A stretch of 62,287 nt of DNA, filler included, from Choristocarpus tenellus KU-1152 (Eukaryota > Protista > Phaeophyceae): NCBI GenBank assembly GCA_964200185.2. It is 12 parts of 12 records of this genome, joined end to end, with 100 filler letters (N's around TTAATTAATTAA, not from the genome) between each part and the next. Parts side by side here need not be neighbours in the genome. Positions count along the whole stretch, not along the records: positions 48,083 to 55,326 come from CAXNAD020006474.1; positions 55,427 to 62,287 come from CAXNAD020007198.1; 10 more parts are not named here. One strand, 5' to 3'. Under the pieces are notes generated by a model. The model ran no database searches and was not told the origin of the DNA. It worked only from the letters and a program-made list of their open reading frames with translations. The translations under genes and the position numbers were made by a program. Positions 51,301 through 62,287 of this stretch are shown here, piece after piece (position 1 is the stretch's first letter; every line of letters starts with the position of its first letter).

Positions 51301-53631
51301 GTGGGACATGTCAGACGATCAGAGAGGCAAGAATGGAGGCAGGAAAATTGTCAGGATGGGGGTCAACAGGGCCATTGCAGTGTGACAAAGGGCAGTGGTG
51401 GTGAGGACGCAGCAAGACTTATCCATCACCTTGCTCATATCCTTGGCTCAGAAGGGTCTGAAGAGGACTTGGCAGCTGCAGGTGCAGCGGCTGGGGCTGC
51501 GGTGGCGGCAGGGGCCGCAGTAGCAAAAGAATCTTTAGCTTTGTCAGATGAGGATTCAAGCAAGGGATTAAATAGGGCTGATACTCGGGTTGTATCACGG
51601 CTGGTGTCTGAGTCTCTGTCATGCTTGTTGGCACTGTCCTGGTCCAGTCCGTCCTCACTTGAGCTGGCTGCCACCCTGGATGGTGTTGTCACTGACCCAA
51701 CTCTTGTGCAGTCACTCGTGGGGCTCTTGTGGAATAGGGATATGGCGGTAACCAAAATCGAAGATGAGTTCGAAAAACGGTTCGGGGCAGACGAAAAAAT
51801 CATGTCATTTACAGCTCTCACTCTTTTGCAGAGTATTGCACACAGGCCAATGGGTCGGTGCTCTCTTATTGCGGCTGGGGTGGCCCGTGCTGTTGTGGAT
51901 TCCCTCTGCCCCCAAAAGGTATCAGCAAAAGGGGGGGGTGGCAAGAGAAGGGATGGAGTAGGACAAAAGCGAGAAAGGCTTGGAGAATGGGCACGCCCTG
52001 AACTACTCAGGCTCCTCTGTATCCTGTGTGCATCACCTCCACATAGGTTGGAGGTGAGGTCAGTGCTAATATCTGGGTGCAACACCCCTGAGAAGAGAGG
52101 TGGACCGAGGTATACATCGGTAGAGACAAAGGCACTGGTAGCTAGCTTGACTGGACAAGGATCATCAGTGAAAACAGGACTGGGGTTGGATATGAAGGAA
52201 TCCTCATGGCGCTGTCAAGCTGAAGCTGGTCGTCTCGCACACCTCTTGGCCCTTGGGCCTCTATCTAGTGGCAGCAGGTCTGACCATAGACTAGTAGAGG
52301 ATACAAAGGAATTGTCCTCATCGTCCACCATCCCTTTTCATGCCCAGGGTAGAGGAGAGGGAGAAAGGGTTGATGAGGAAGGAGGCCCTGAGAAAGGAAC
52401 AAGAGTGCCAGCAAGGTTGGAGATGGAAGCTGGCGGTGAGGAGGTAGGAGGGGTGAAGGATGCTGGATCAACTGATTGTAGTAAGGGCGATGTGGAGACG
52501 TTGGCAACGGTAACTCTGACTGCTGAGGAGGGGGTGGTAAGGGAAAGGGTGAGTAGGGTGGGAATGTTGGGAGCACTCAATTATATATGTGGTCAGGTTG
52601 AATTTGTGGAGTTAGTGATAGTCAGGAGTGTTTCCTCAACTGGGATGACCCATCTGGGCCAAGGTCGAGACATTGGAAGATATGGTTTTGTGCAAAGAAG
52701 TCATGGTCAAAATTTTAACGTTTCCTGCGCTCATGATACCACTTAACATACTAGGCTCCATTTCAACTACTTCTGTACCTCAAATATATACGCAAGATAT
52801 TATTGTAAGGTTTTGAATGGGTCAAACCATCAAATTGCAAATAAGCGCATCAGTCCATAAATAGGATAGAGGTAATTGGTCGTCGTTTTCGTGCCGTTCA
52901 TATCACCTGCCCAATCGACATTCTTATCTCACCTGTAATTCCTAAATTGTGAGAACCAGACATTGCTGCTTGCCTTTCATGTCCAATTTTTTTCCCAAGT
53001 GCCAAGACGACTTTCTATGTAGTAACACCTGCTCTTTCCAGGGTGATCCCTACCATCTACCACCCACATTGCCACTCTAACAATATCTTGGAGTCATAAA
53101 ATCCGTCTGTCTCCTCTACTCTTAACATTCCATTATCTTCTGAAGACGGGGTCACCGACACATATTGTCACTACGAAGCAAGGCTTTTTGCCAATGCCTG
53201 CATCAACAGCCTCCACTCAGCAAACTGTCTCCAGTTCAAGGTCAAACTTTCCTGGGGGGGGCACAACAGGAACAATTGACTCAGAGGCAAAAACGGGACA
53301 CCCATCAAATACTTTCAGTGGGCAAAATGGGCATGTGGAGGGTGGTTCTAGTGGGTCTTTGGAGAGTAACTGGAAATCCACAGGAAGAGGGGTAGGAACT
53401 GGAGTAGGGGGGACAGTTGATGGCAATGTTGGGAGGGCTATCAGGGGGAGTGCACCAGGAGGGCAAATGCATGGAAGTGAAGGAGGCACAGATGATGATG
53501 ACAGCACTTTCGTCGTGGAGTGCCCGAGGAAAGAGTGTCGCAAGACACTGCATGTTCCGATAGGACTGGACCTAAGCCTTGTAACATGCCCCAGCTGCCG
53601 CAACCCGCTATGTGCCCCAGACAAGTTATGA
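48319..53631 (+). CDS. Large armadillo/HEAT-like helical protein with a C-terminal zinc ribbon; 3' four exons
   Basis: Phase-0 exons 48319-48810, 50059-50562, 50884-about 52548 and 53146-53631 (stop). ARM-like helices include FRLLANLSA, ALTLLQSIA...GR..LIAAGV and ALRILTQLV. The C-terminus is CPRKEC...CPSC. Confidence 0.75.
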
Positions 53632-55705
53632 CCTGTATCAAGTGTTGCTGACAACTGTAACGTAGAATAAGGTTGTTTTTTTTTGGGGGGGGGGCATTTG
53701 CCTTATTCCATGTCTCACTCCTTTTTATTTCCTGCATGCTGTGAGCTTCCCTCTTGTCTCGATCATGTATTGGTCGTGCGGCATGTCATGGGGTGAGTGT
53801 CGATTTTTTATTTGTGGAATGAAGGATAAGGTGTACCTATGATTTCCTGCAGATTCCTTTTGATTCTAGGGTGACCATTTCAAGGTGCAGTGAGTGGCCC
53901 CTTTTTAGAGCAACTCCATCCCAACCAAAAATTAGTCACCTTGTTGACAAATGCACAAGTTTGTTATGTTGAGTTTCACCTTTTGGGGCCTGATGCACCT
54001 TCAAGCAGACAGTTTTCAAAAGAGGCTTTTAAGTATAGCTTTCTTATTTTCTTGATTATGTTCGCTACCCAGCTAAAGTAAATTATTTTCTAAAAAGTCT
54101 TGCGTGACCCACATGTTTATTATGACTCGAACTTTCCCTCAGGTATGATGTTTCCCTGGAATGCTATTAGTGCAGAGAACAAAGCCACATAGTCTAACAC
54201 TCGTCAGTCAAAGAAGTGTCTTACATCTGTCTGTATCGAAGGTCTCCAAACAAAAGCACTCAAGAATATTATTTGGCCTTGTGCAGCAATGTGCAGGCCC
54301 CATCAAATCCACTTTCTTTCGCCTTCACCTCCAATTGAAGAAGATGTGGTGTTGCTTAAACAAAGGGAGGTGGACAAAAACTCACCCCTCCGCCATCATC
54401 ACCGTTACCACCCTGTGTCTCACTTGCCTCCTGGTAATTCATCTCCTTCCTCACCACCCTCAACTTGCAGTGCCTGTAACACAGACCACCTCCACATCCC
54501 TGAGGTCTGCACCAACACCATATCACTTGGTTGTATCACCTTTAGTTCATCCTGTGTGTACCTAGCAAGTCCAGCACTTCACCTTTCTCAACCGAAGATA
54601 ACCAAGGTATTTTCATCATCGCCACCTGATGTGTCCGCCCATACATTTCTCATTGCACGTTGCTATGTTGGATAGACACTGCCCCCAGCCGTGTTTTGAG
54701 CCATAGTAATTGAGGGGTGGGTAAATTTCGGCTTTTTTGCACTCTACACAAAGTGACACCACAACGGAGCAAGGACTCTTTTCTGGAATTGTACAAAATT
54801 GCTTTTTTTTTACATTTCTCGGGCTTGCCTACCTTTGGATTTTACTTCAGGTCTTTCAGAACTTTTCATCTCATCGTCCCCATCCAGGTCCATGGTGGAA
54901 AAAATCCCATAGACATGTAGTGTCCAGGTCGATATTTATGTCTAGTGAAGTGTGGTGTTGCAGGCGTGATGGTAGGAATGAGACAGCAATATTTTGCTAC
55001 GTACAGCACGACCAAAGTATACAAGAAATAACCTGTGACAGGTTCGTACATGACCACAGACAGGGTTCTAACCTTGAATTGCACAAATTGAAGGTTAGGT
55101 TCATTGTACGGTGGATTGTCGGTTCTTTGAATGAATGCAGTCGCGCACGTCCAAGGAACATGCTGTGCGTGAATTTATTTTTTGAAGTACAGTAGTTCAT
55201 TGGAATCTGAAAAGAACGAAAAAGGATTATATTAAGAGGGGTATGTGAGAGCCACATTCCACAGAAGGTATACACTGAAGGTTACCTATCTTGAATATCA
55301 TGTAGAAGGTATACCCTGAAGGTGACNNNNNNNNNNNNNNNNNNNNNNNNNNNNNNNNNNNNNNNNNNNNTTAATTAATTAANNNNNNNNNNNNNNNNNN
55401 NNNNNNNNNNNNNNNNNNNNNNNNNNGTATGGGATAGGGGGGGACAGGGGGGGGGGCAGGGGCAGAGGAGTTCTGCCAAGTTTGAGGAATAGAACAGGAT
55501 GAGATATGTGCAATAACGCTTCAATATAAAATGAAATCCTTCCGAAATTACCAAGGTGTACTCTCTTTTCGAGGTAGAATACAAAACAAATAACCAAGGA
55601 GAGAGAGAGAGAGAGAGAGAGAGTCGGGATTAGGGGGGGCAGGAGGAGGGGAGAGATGGGAACATGAACAGGTAGGGGATCTTATTTCGCACCTAATACG
55701 CACGA

Positions 55706-55948
55706 CAGAAGCAGCCAACCCTAACGCTAACCCTAACCCTAGCCCCAACAAAAAGTAAATATTCTTGTTCTCACCGACTTTGCTAAATGGCAACAGGTGT
55801 GCCAGCATATTAAGATGTGCACTTAAAAAGCACAACAGAAGTAGCCAACCCTAACCCTAACCCTAACCCCAACCCCAACAAAAAGTAAATTCTTTCTTTT
55901 TCGCCAACTTTGCTTAATGGCAACAGGTGTGCCAGCATATAAAGATGT
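55706..55948 (+). repeat. Tandem duplication (about 129-bp unit) containing CCCTAA telomere-like repeats
   Basis: CAGAAG.AGCCAACCCTAAC...CCCCAACAAAAAGTAAAT...AATGGCAACAGGTGTGCCAGCATAT occurs twice. Confidence 0.9.
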
Positions 55949-58808
55949 CTCTGGCATGGACTTGGGAGGAGCACATCAACAGCGTGGGAGGTCTCTCTTA
56001 TATACATAGCTACATAGCACTAACCCTAACCCTAACACACAACAAGAGTGCACAAGGTCCTATATTGATACCTATCCCATACATGCATCATATACACTTC
56101 TGAAGTACATTCCATTATTCTTTTTCAAGAGGGTAAGGTTGAAAGTCCAATCACCTTGCATCACACACACTTTCATCTTTCAAAACACGTCCACATTATT
56201 ATTATTATTATTATTATACGGATAATATACTTCCTACAAATAGTTCTATCGGATTAGATCGGTAATGCACACACACGCCTTCCACGGTACTAAATGAACC
56301 TTAAATGCCCATACTTTATATGGGGTACAAATGTAAGAAGCAGACAAGAGGGTGCACATCTCGCACCTCACAATGCTCCACACTACTACAGCATTTCAAA
56401 GCAAGATAACAGATAACCCTTTCTACATACAATAACCAAGCCCCATTGTACCTTACAAACAGCGCCATGAACCTCCAGCCTGAATCAACGCTCACATTAT
56501 GTCGGCTAAATTTACAGGGGGGGCGAGAGATCAGTTTCAGAAAATAGTGCCATGGGTACGTATGACGCCTTCATATTAAAACCACGCTGCTTTCAATATG
56601 CCTTACTAACCCCAAATGTAACCCTGACTCTAACTTTAAAGAAAGTCTGTAGGACAAGGCAGATCCAGACAAGGAGCCTTTGCAGACCCTCTCTTCACCA
56701 TCCCCTCATCACTGGGGGTAAGATCCTCAGCCTAGTTCTGCCCTCGACTGCCCTTGGTTGGCAAGGCCAGTGCCATGCTGTGGTGAGGTTACACTCAACC
56801 TAACAATACCCTTCAGAGGATAGGAATATTCACATTGACAGAACATTCCACTCGATCCACATCATCGCCTCTCTAACTCTCTACAAGAACCTGTTGTGCC
56901 ATACAATACGATCCCGCCGTATCTGCGCTCTAGAGCTATTATTGTTACTTGATACAAAGACAAAACAAAGAATGAATGGGAAAAAAAAGTCCCTTCCCTT
57001 TGAGGGATCCAGAAAATGCATACGTCGAAGTATAAATAGGACGGTTTAAACAGCAATGGGGAGGCCTGACTTGGTATAGAATAATTTCTCAAACACCCCA
57101 CCCCCCAGCAGTAATAGTTGGCCCAGTGCTTCACATCCCACAACAACCTCTAACTACACCCCCTCACTCCTTGGCTCCTCTCCCTTGCAGCCACACATAT
57201 ATACTTCATGTCCACAGGTATTTTCCACTATGTACCAAATGAAGTCTAGTTCATGCTACGCTGTTTTTTTTTTTTAATCTTAAGTAAGAACAATCTAGAA
57301 GAATATTGCACGCGAGTTGGGGGAGAGAGGTTCTGCTGCAATAGTAGTTGTAACATCAATATTCTTGTCAGCAAAACCAACCCGTTCTTGCAACAGTTTA
57401 TATACATATATATATATATATATAAATATATATATATCAAATTGCTCCAGTGTTAAGGAACAGGCCGGGTTACATCACGGCAGCGCAATGACAATGAATT
57501 GAAACATTCATCAGTCTTCAGTATTGCATTAGCACCTGATTCCGCTGGCTCTTGGGAACACAGAAACCAAACGATTTGGGACAACCATTTCTAGAGCTCT
57601 TCGTTACTAATGATGTGTTGGGTTTCGACGCAAGCCCAGACTTTAGGGGGGTGCTTGTAGGCACAGCACTACTCCCAATATCACTGCACTTCCTCGCCTA
57701 ATGGTGTGATCAGAAGGTTACATAATTTAAGAGTGCAAGATTAAATCGGTTCGATACACTTCAATCTACTCTACAATAATCAAATCAAGTACGCAGGACC
57801 AAAGCACCGCAGGGGCTTAGCAAACAAAAGCATGCCCACCTCACAAGAAAACCAAAAATTACCCCCCTCGATTTTCAGTTTCAACTAGCCTATTTATTAA
57901 ACGGTGTCGAGGCAATTCAATCGCCCTGAATCACAGCATGTTCAAAACCAGCATCCTTGCATGCAACGCACGCAGCAGGAGACCATTTCTGTTGCACAGG
58001 GATGTCTAAATAGGATTCCAGAATGCGGCAGGATGCCAGAATTTCCGATAATATTGAAATAGCACCCGACCAAATTCGGGTTAGTTAAGTGGTATGAGAA
58101 ATATTGCTGGCGGCCTAAGAGAAGCACATCGTACCGTTTTTTTTACACTGTCAAAGCAGTCATAGTGTGTACGGACTGTAGAACTTTAAAACCTATGTAT
58201 ATCCCTGCTGGAGCAGTATGATTATCCTATCGTGTGACAGTGCTTAGTCTGATGAAATGGGGAACACCTATCATGTTCCGTCAGCAGAGTGGACACAATG
58301 CATGTTGGAGTCTATTTCAATTCCCAACTTGGGTATAAGGAGTAGGATTTGAGAAGGGGCTTGACCTAAGCACAGTGGCGTCCACAATCCCCAGCCTACA
58401 ATGTATGGCAGTCCAAGTGCGCAAACAAATACTCAAAAAAACATATTGAAGGGGTGCCTCAAACTGGTTGCACCTGTGATGAAATATAATAGTAGTGGTT
58501 CATATTAACAAATCGATCTATTGTTGCGTGAGTGGCTTGTTCAATTGCAAGGACAAAAAACATACACATGACAGACATGTACCACATTGTTCCAAAAAAC
58601 GTGAACTGTTTACTTTGAACAAATTGTTGGAAAGTACTGCACTCTATACCTAAAAATAGCTCTTTATTTTTCTGTGTGACTGGAGCAGTTTTGTGTCTAT
58701 GACAGGTCTGTATAAAAAACTGCTGAAACTGGACTGCAACTTCTAAGGAATGAAAGAATCATGCCAGAGGCCCACAAGATATAAATGTTGTCGACATAAA
58801 AGGCTCAC

Positions 58809-59332
58809 CTCTTCTTCTTTTTTGGGGCGGACCAGAGCTCCGTGGGCCCTCCACCAATCCTTCTCCATCTACCTCCAACTCCCCTTGCGTGCCCCACCCA
58901 ACCCCCTGCTGGATAACGTCCCACAGACTCATCTCGCCTCCATCCAGAAGCATCGGACCGTAGCGCCATGATATGACGTGTCTGTGCCCACAAGCTGCTG
59001 TGCACTTGTGGTCTATTGCCCGTGCAAGCCAATAGTTGTTTAGGGATGCTGCACGATTTCGTTGGGCCGTTAAAAGTCCCAGGGGTGAAAAGATATATTG
59101 CAACCGCCGACAGGATGAAAGGCCAAGGCATGGAGTAGGGAATGAGTGAGGAGTAACTGTTCCTAGACAAAGCATCAGTGTTCTGGGTTGAGTGCCTAGC
59201 ATTATCTTCCAGTGGTTGAGGAATGACCTTGTGAACCAAAACAACGTGGGGAAAGGACGCAGCTGCGAGACTGCTGGCCAGGAGGTTGCTCAGCAAATAA
59301 CAAGCAGGTCTTAGAACCAGTGATTTATGCAT
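58809..59332 (-). CDS. Possible first exon of a signal-peptide-bearing protein
   Basis: MHKSLVLRPACYLLSNLLASSLAAAS|F resembles a stramenopile signal peptide with ASAF-type cleavage, and the frame ends at donor AG|gtgagc. No recognisable domain. Confidence 0.35.
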
Positions 59333-60060
59333 CTCTTGCCTCAAACCAACTTGTTGGTTCTTCTACCAAGCACTGTCGACAATGATTGGTGCAAAGGAAT
59401 GTTTGAGCGGCTATCCATCGTCCTACAAAATGCTACAACGGAAGAGAGGTCTACTGATGGGATTGATTTTCAGAGCATATCAAATAACCATAATCATCGA
59501 TTCTTTCCTGGTGTAGGCGAGAGTTCAGGGTGATAGAATGTGGTGAGTCAGTCGAAACTAGCGCTACGTTAAAATGGTGTCTTGGATGTTGGTAGATATT
59601 AACACTACATTACCGACACATGCACATCTGAGCACAACCATGACCAACTCAGCTATTACAAGTGTAAAGAATCATGGATCCCCTTATTCTCCCCCCACCT
59701 CGCGTTTGCACACCCGTGCCTCCAGAAGAGTCGACACTCTGGACACCGCCTCTCACCTGATCATAAAAGCTGGCAAAATCATATCCTTCACTTTGCCAGC
59801 CCTCATTACCACTTCCGAAGTTGTCGACCTCAACATTATTGTTGCTAGGGCACAGGAGTATAAACCCCAGTATCCTCTGGTCATCGGGCACTGAGGCACT
59901 ATTGGGGTGTTTTATATTGAGACCAAACAATCTGCTCTGTCAATTTGATTGTGGTGGAGTTGAAGGACTAAAAAATTAGGGTTAGGGTTTTCACAGAACA
60001 CAACACTATCAATATACACAACTAAATACATCAACCTCCTTACGTCTACCTAAACAACAT

Positions 60061-60609
60061 ATGCATGGGGTCCTCAGCACTGTCGCTATATGGCCTCGCT
60101 CTGCCATAGGGTTATCGCGCTCGCGATTGTTTACATTACCCGTTTCCTTGGTGCGTGGGATTGGTGGACGATCAGCTGATGGGGGTGATTCCAGTGCCCC
60201 AACAAATGATGACCTCTTAGAGATAAATAACGAAATCGCAGCATATGTAGGCCCACTCGGGAGTCCAGACTTTGAAGAAGATAGCCCCCAAGCAGTCGAA
60301 TGGTTTCAAGGAGGACAACCCCCAACCCGCCTTGCCGTTGCGGATGTGCCTAGCGCGGCAGGCGCGGTTAGGTTCGAGGGGGAAGGTGACCGCCCTACAC
60401 GACGGATCAGGTATGCTCCAGACGGAGGAGTTGCAGAGCTGTATGGATGGAGCTCTGGTCTCAGCCACGCCACAGATGGAGACATAGAAAGAGAATCACA
60501 CACGTCATTCACGCAAAATATGGGAGAAACCCGAAGAAAACGTGTATTGATATTAAATGGCGCTTCGTGCTTTTTAGGAGGGCATCTAGCCACCACTGGG
60601 GAGACGGAG
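60061..60609 (+). CDS. Probable first exon of an uncharacterised, possibly mitochondrial protein
   Basis: Long open frame from ATG with an R/S/L-rich, acid-free N-terminus and an in-frame donor GAG|gtgagc at 60609. Confidence 0.55.
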
Positions 60610-61679
60610 GTGAGCATGTCAATGTTTTCAGACAGTCCCGAGATCATCAACGGGGAAAAGTGCCAAATGTTTGACGTTGGGAATACAGTAGTCAGTACTT
60701 GCGTATGTACTTCGTGCATGATCTGGTGTTGTAATCTACATCTGGGTGACCCCACTTAGCAACAATACAAGATTCAAACCAATAAAGCGATAGGCAGGTT
60801 TTGGACCGTTTTGCTTTCTAAGCCATCTTTATTACCCTATGCAATGCACACTATTTTAATTGCTTTACCGTACATACAAAAATGATATTCCCCCTCACCA
60901 GTAATGTGAGACCACAATTCAGCAATGGCTCCTTCTACCATTATACAAAATGGCATCATTTTTCCCTCTCTTGGAATCCTTCAAAAGCAATCCTCCCCAC
61001 CTCTCAGTTGGTTGATTCACTTTTATTTATACACAAAGAAACATCTTTTTATCTTCTGTGCTGCTGTATTGTTCTTTCGTCTGGTGAGATGAATCCACAC
61101 CACGATTTATTAGTTGACATTTTGTGTTACCACATTCATGGATTGGCCGAGAATAGTTGGAAAGTTGAAAATTTGTAATTCACATTTCAATAAACGCAAT
61201 TTTTGCAACATATATATGTGTGCCATCAATCCTTAGCCACTTCTCTGGATCATGGACACTTGTTGTGTCCTTTCCTCCTATGCCGGCATACCACTCCTTA
61301 CCAATGATGTTCTTTATCTATGTGCCGCATCAATTGCTCCTCAATTATCATTGCCAAATTCACTATAGTAATTTGACTTCCATTTCATACTCACTACAAA
61401 GTTACTAAATAGTTATCAACCAGCCACATTTGATAGTGACTGTGTGCATCACTTGTACACCAGCAGGTGTTCACACTTACCTCCTTACCGCCTCACCAGT
61501 AAAAATCACAACATGACTCAGGGAAATGATAGAAACAGTTTGCTTCCTCCTTAACCATGCTCTTTCCCCATCATCATCATCAATTTCCTTAAACCTATGC
61601 CATAAGGCTATCTCTTATGGACGGTCCAGAAGTGGCAATCACAAGTGCCAAATATTTGAATGCAGTGACATTTTTCTTG

Positions 61680-62056
61680 GGCCATATGTTGCTGATTCGA
61701 TTTTCGATTTTCAATTTGACATCAGGGAGGAAGCAGCTCTCAAGGAAATATATGGTTGCAACATACCACCTACCATTAAAAGGTCGGGTTTTGGGACTTC
61801 TTGACAACCTAGAAACCCAGTGTTACATTGCTTGAAGTGTCTCGATTTGACCTTCATGCTATTTTTTACAGATTTTGGGAATTTTCGACTGCCTAGAAAT
61901 TCAGTAGCATGTTTCTTGTGGCGTATTGATTTGACCTTCATACTCCGAGCATTATGTTACTGGATACCTAAGCAGTCAAAAAGTACCATAATTTTGTCAA
62001 GACTTGCTTCTTCCTTGATGTCAAATCAAAAACCAATCTGAAGCAGCAATGCATAG
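61680..62056. mobile_element. Degenerate inverted-repeat element (separate MITE candidate)
   Basis: ATTTGACATCAGGGAGGAAGCA (about 61714) is inverted as TGCTTCTTCCTTGATGTCAAAT (about 62004). There is also an internal direct duplication containing CCTAGAAA...GATTTGACCTTCAT. Confidence 0.55.
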
Positions 62057-62233
62057 GACCCAAAGTATCTGTGGGGGGGTGGGGGGTTTATGCCAGAGGG
62101 TCCATTCGGTCCAAAACCAGGAAAAGTGTGCCTACATTATCCATCTGACGTATGCAACCAAATCACTCAAAATTCGCGATATGAAAAAATTGACCCGAAA
62201 TGGACAGATGCCCCCCCCCCCCCCCCCCCCCCC
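62057..62233 (-). mobile_element. MITE subfamily B copy
   Basis: GACCCAAAGTATCTGTGGGG...GACGTATGCAACCAAATCACTCAAAA...AAATGGACAG, in the same orientation as the 7417 copy. Confidence 0.85.
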
Positions 62234-62287
62234 TACCTACCATTCGTGGGAGGAAAAATCTCACACATCTTTCCTATATGTGCAGCT

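Noticed and set aside
51435-52085. 216-aa antisense ORF and similar shadow ORFs opposite real exons
   Set aside because: They are shadow frames of GC-rich coding exons with no independent signal.
4189-55426. Recurrent TTAATTAATTAA within N-runs
   Set aside because: It is an artificial six-frame stop linker joining contigs and is not biological.
59649-59930. Possible small divergent exon upstream of the 60061 gene
   Set aside because: A donor-like CAG|gtgag is present, but I could not find an in-phase continuation without early stops.
60541-60590. RVLILNG resembling the type II dehydroquinase N-terminus
   Set aside because: It lacks the NGPNLN.LG.RE motif and is too short to support the call.

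Overview
This window is eukaryotic, not prokaryotic. It is 12 unrelated short contigs joined by artificial 100-bp linkers (44N-TTAATTAATTAA-44N), so adjacency across linkers means nothing. Intron-rich genes, a signal peptide + S|F plastid presequence and TTAGGG motifs suggest a photosynthetic stramenopile, probably a brown alga (inference). Partial spliced genes reconstructed by hand: class 2 dihydroorotate dehydrogenase, branched-chain 2-oxoacid dehydrogenase E1-alpha, chorismate synthase, IFT80, an ApaH/Ppn2-like metallophosphoesterase, a FYVE-finger protein, an ARM-like protein with a C-terminal Zn ribbon, and several unknown proteins. One unknown is an uninterrupted 555-codon ORF at the left edge that the ORF track omits. 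The clearest unexplained structure is a set of about 14 related MITE-like elements in three subfamilies. They share bipartite termini (outer AAAGTATC, inner GTCCAT) and several have 4-bp target-site duplications. Splice signals look unusual: about 9 of 28 inferred acceptors are AAG, and one gene has two GC donors. I found no convincing multi-gene novel system.
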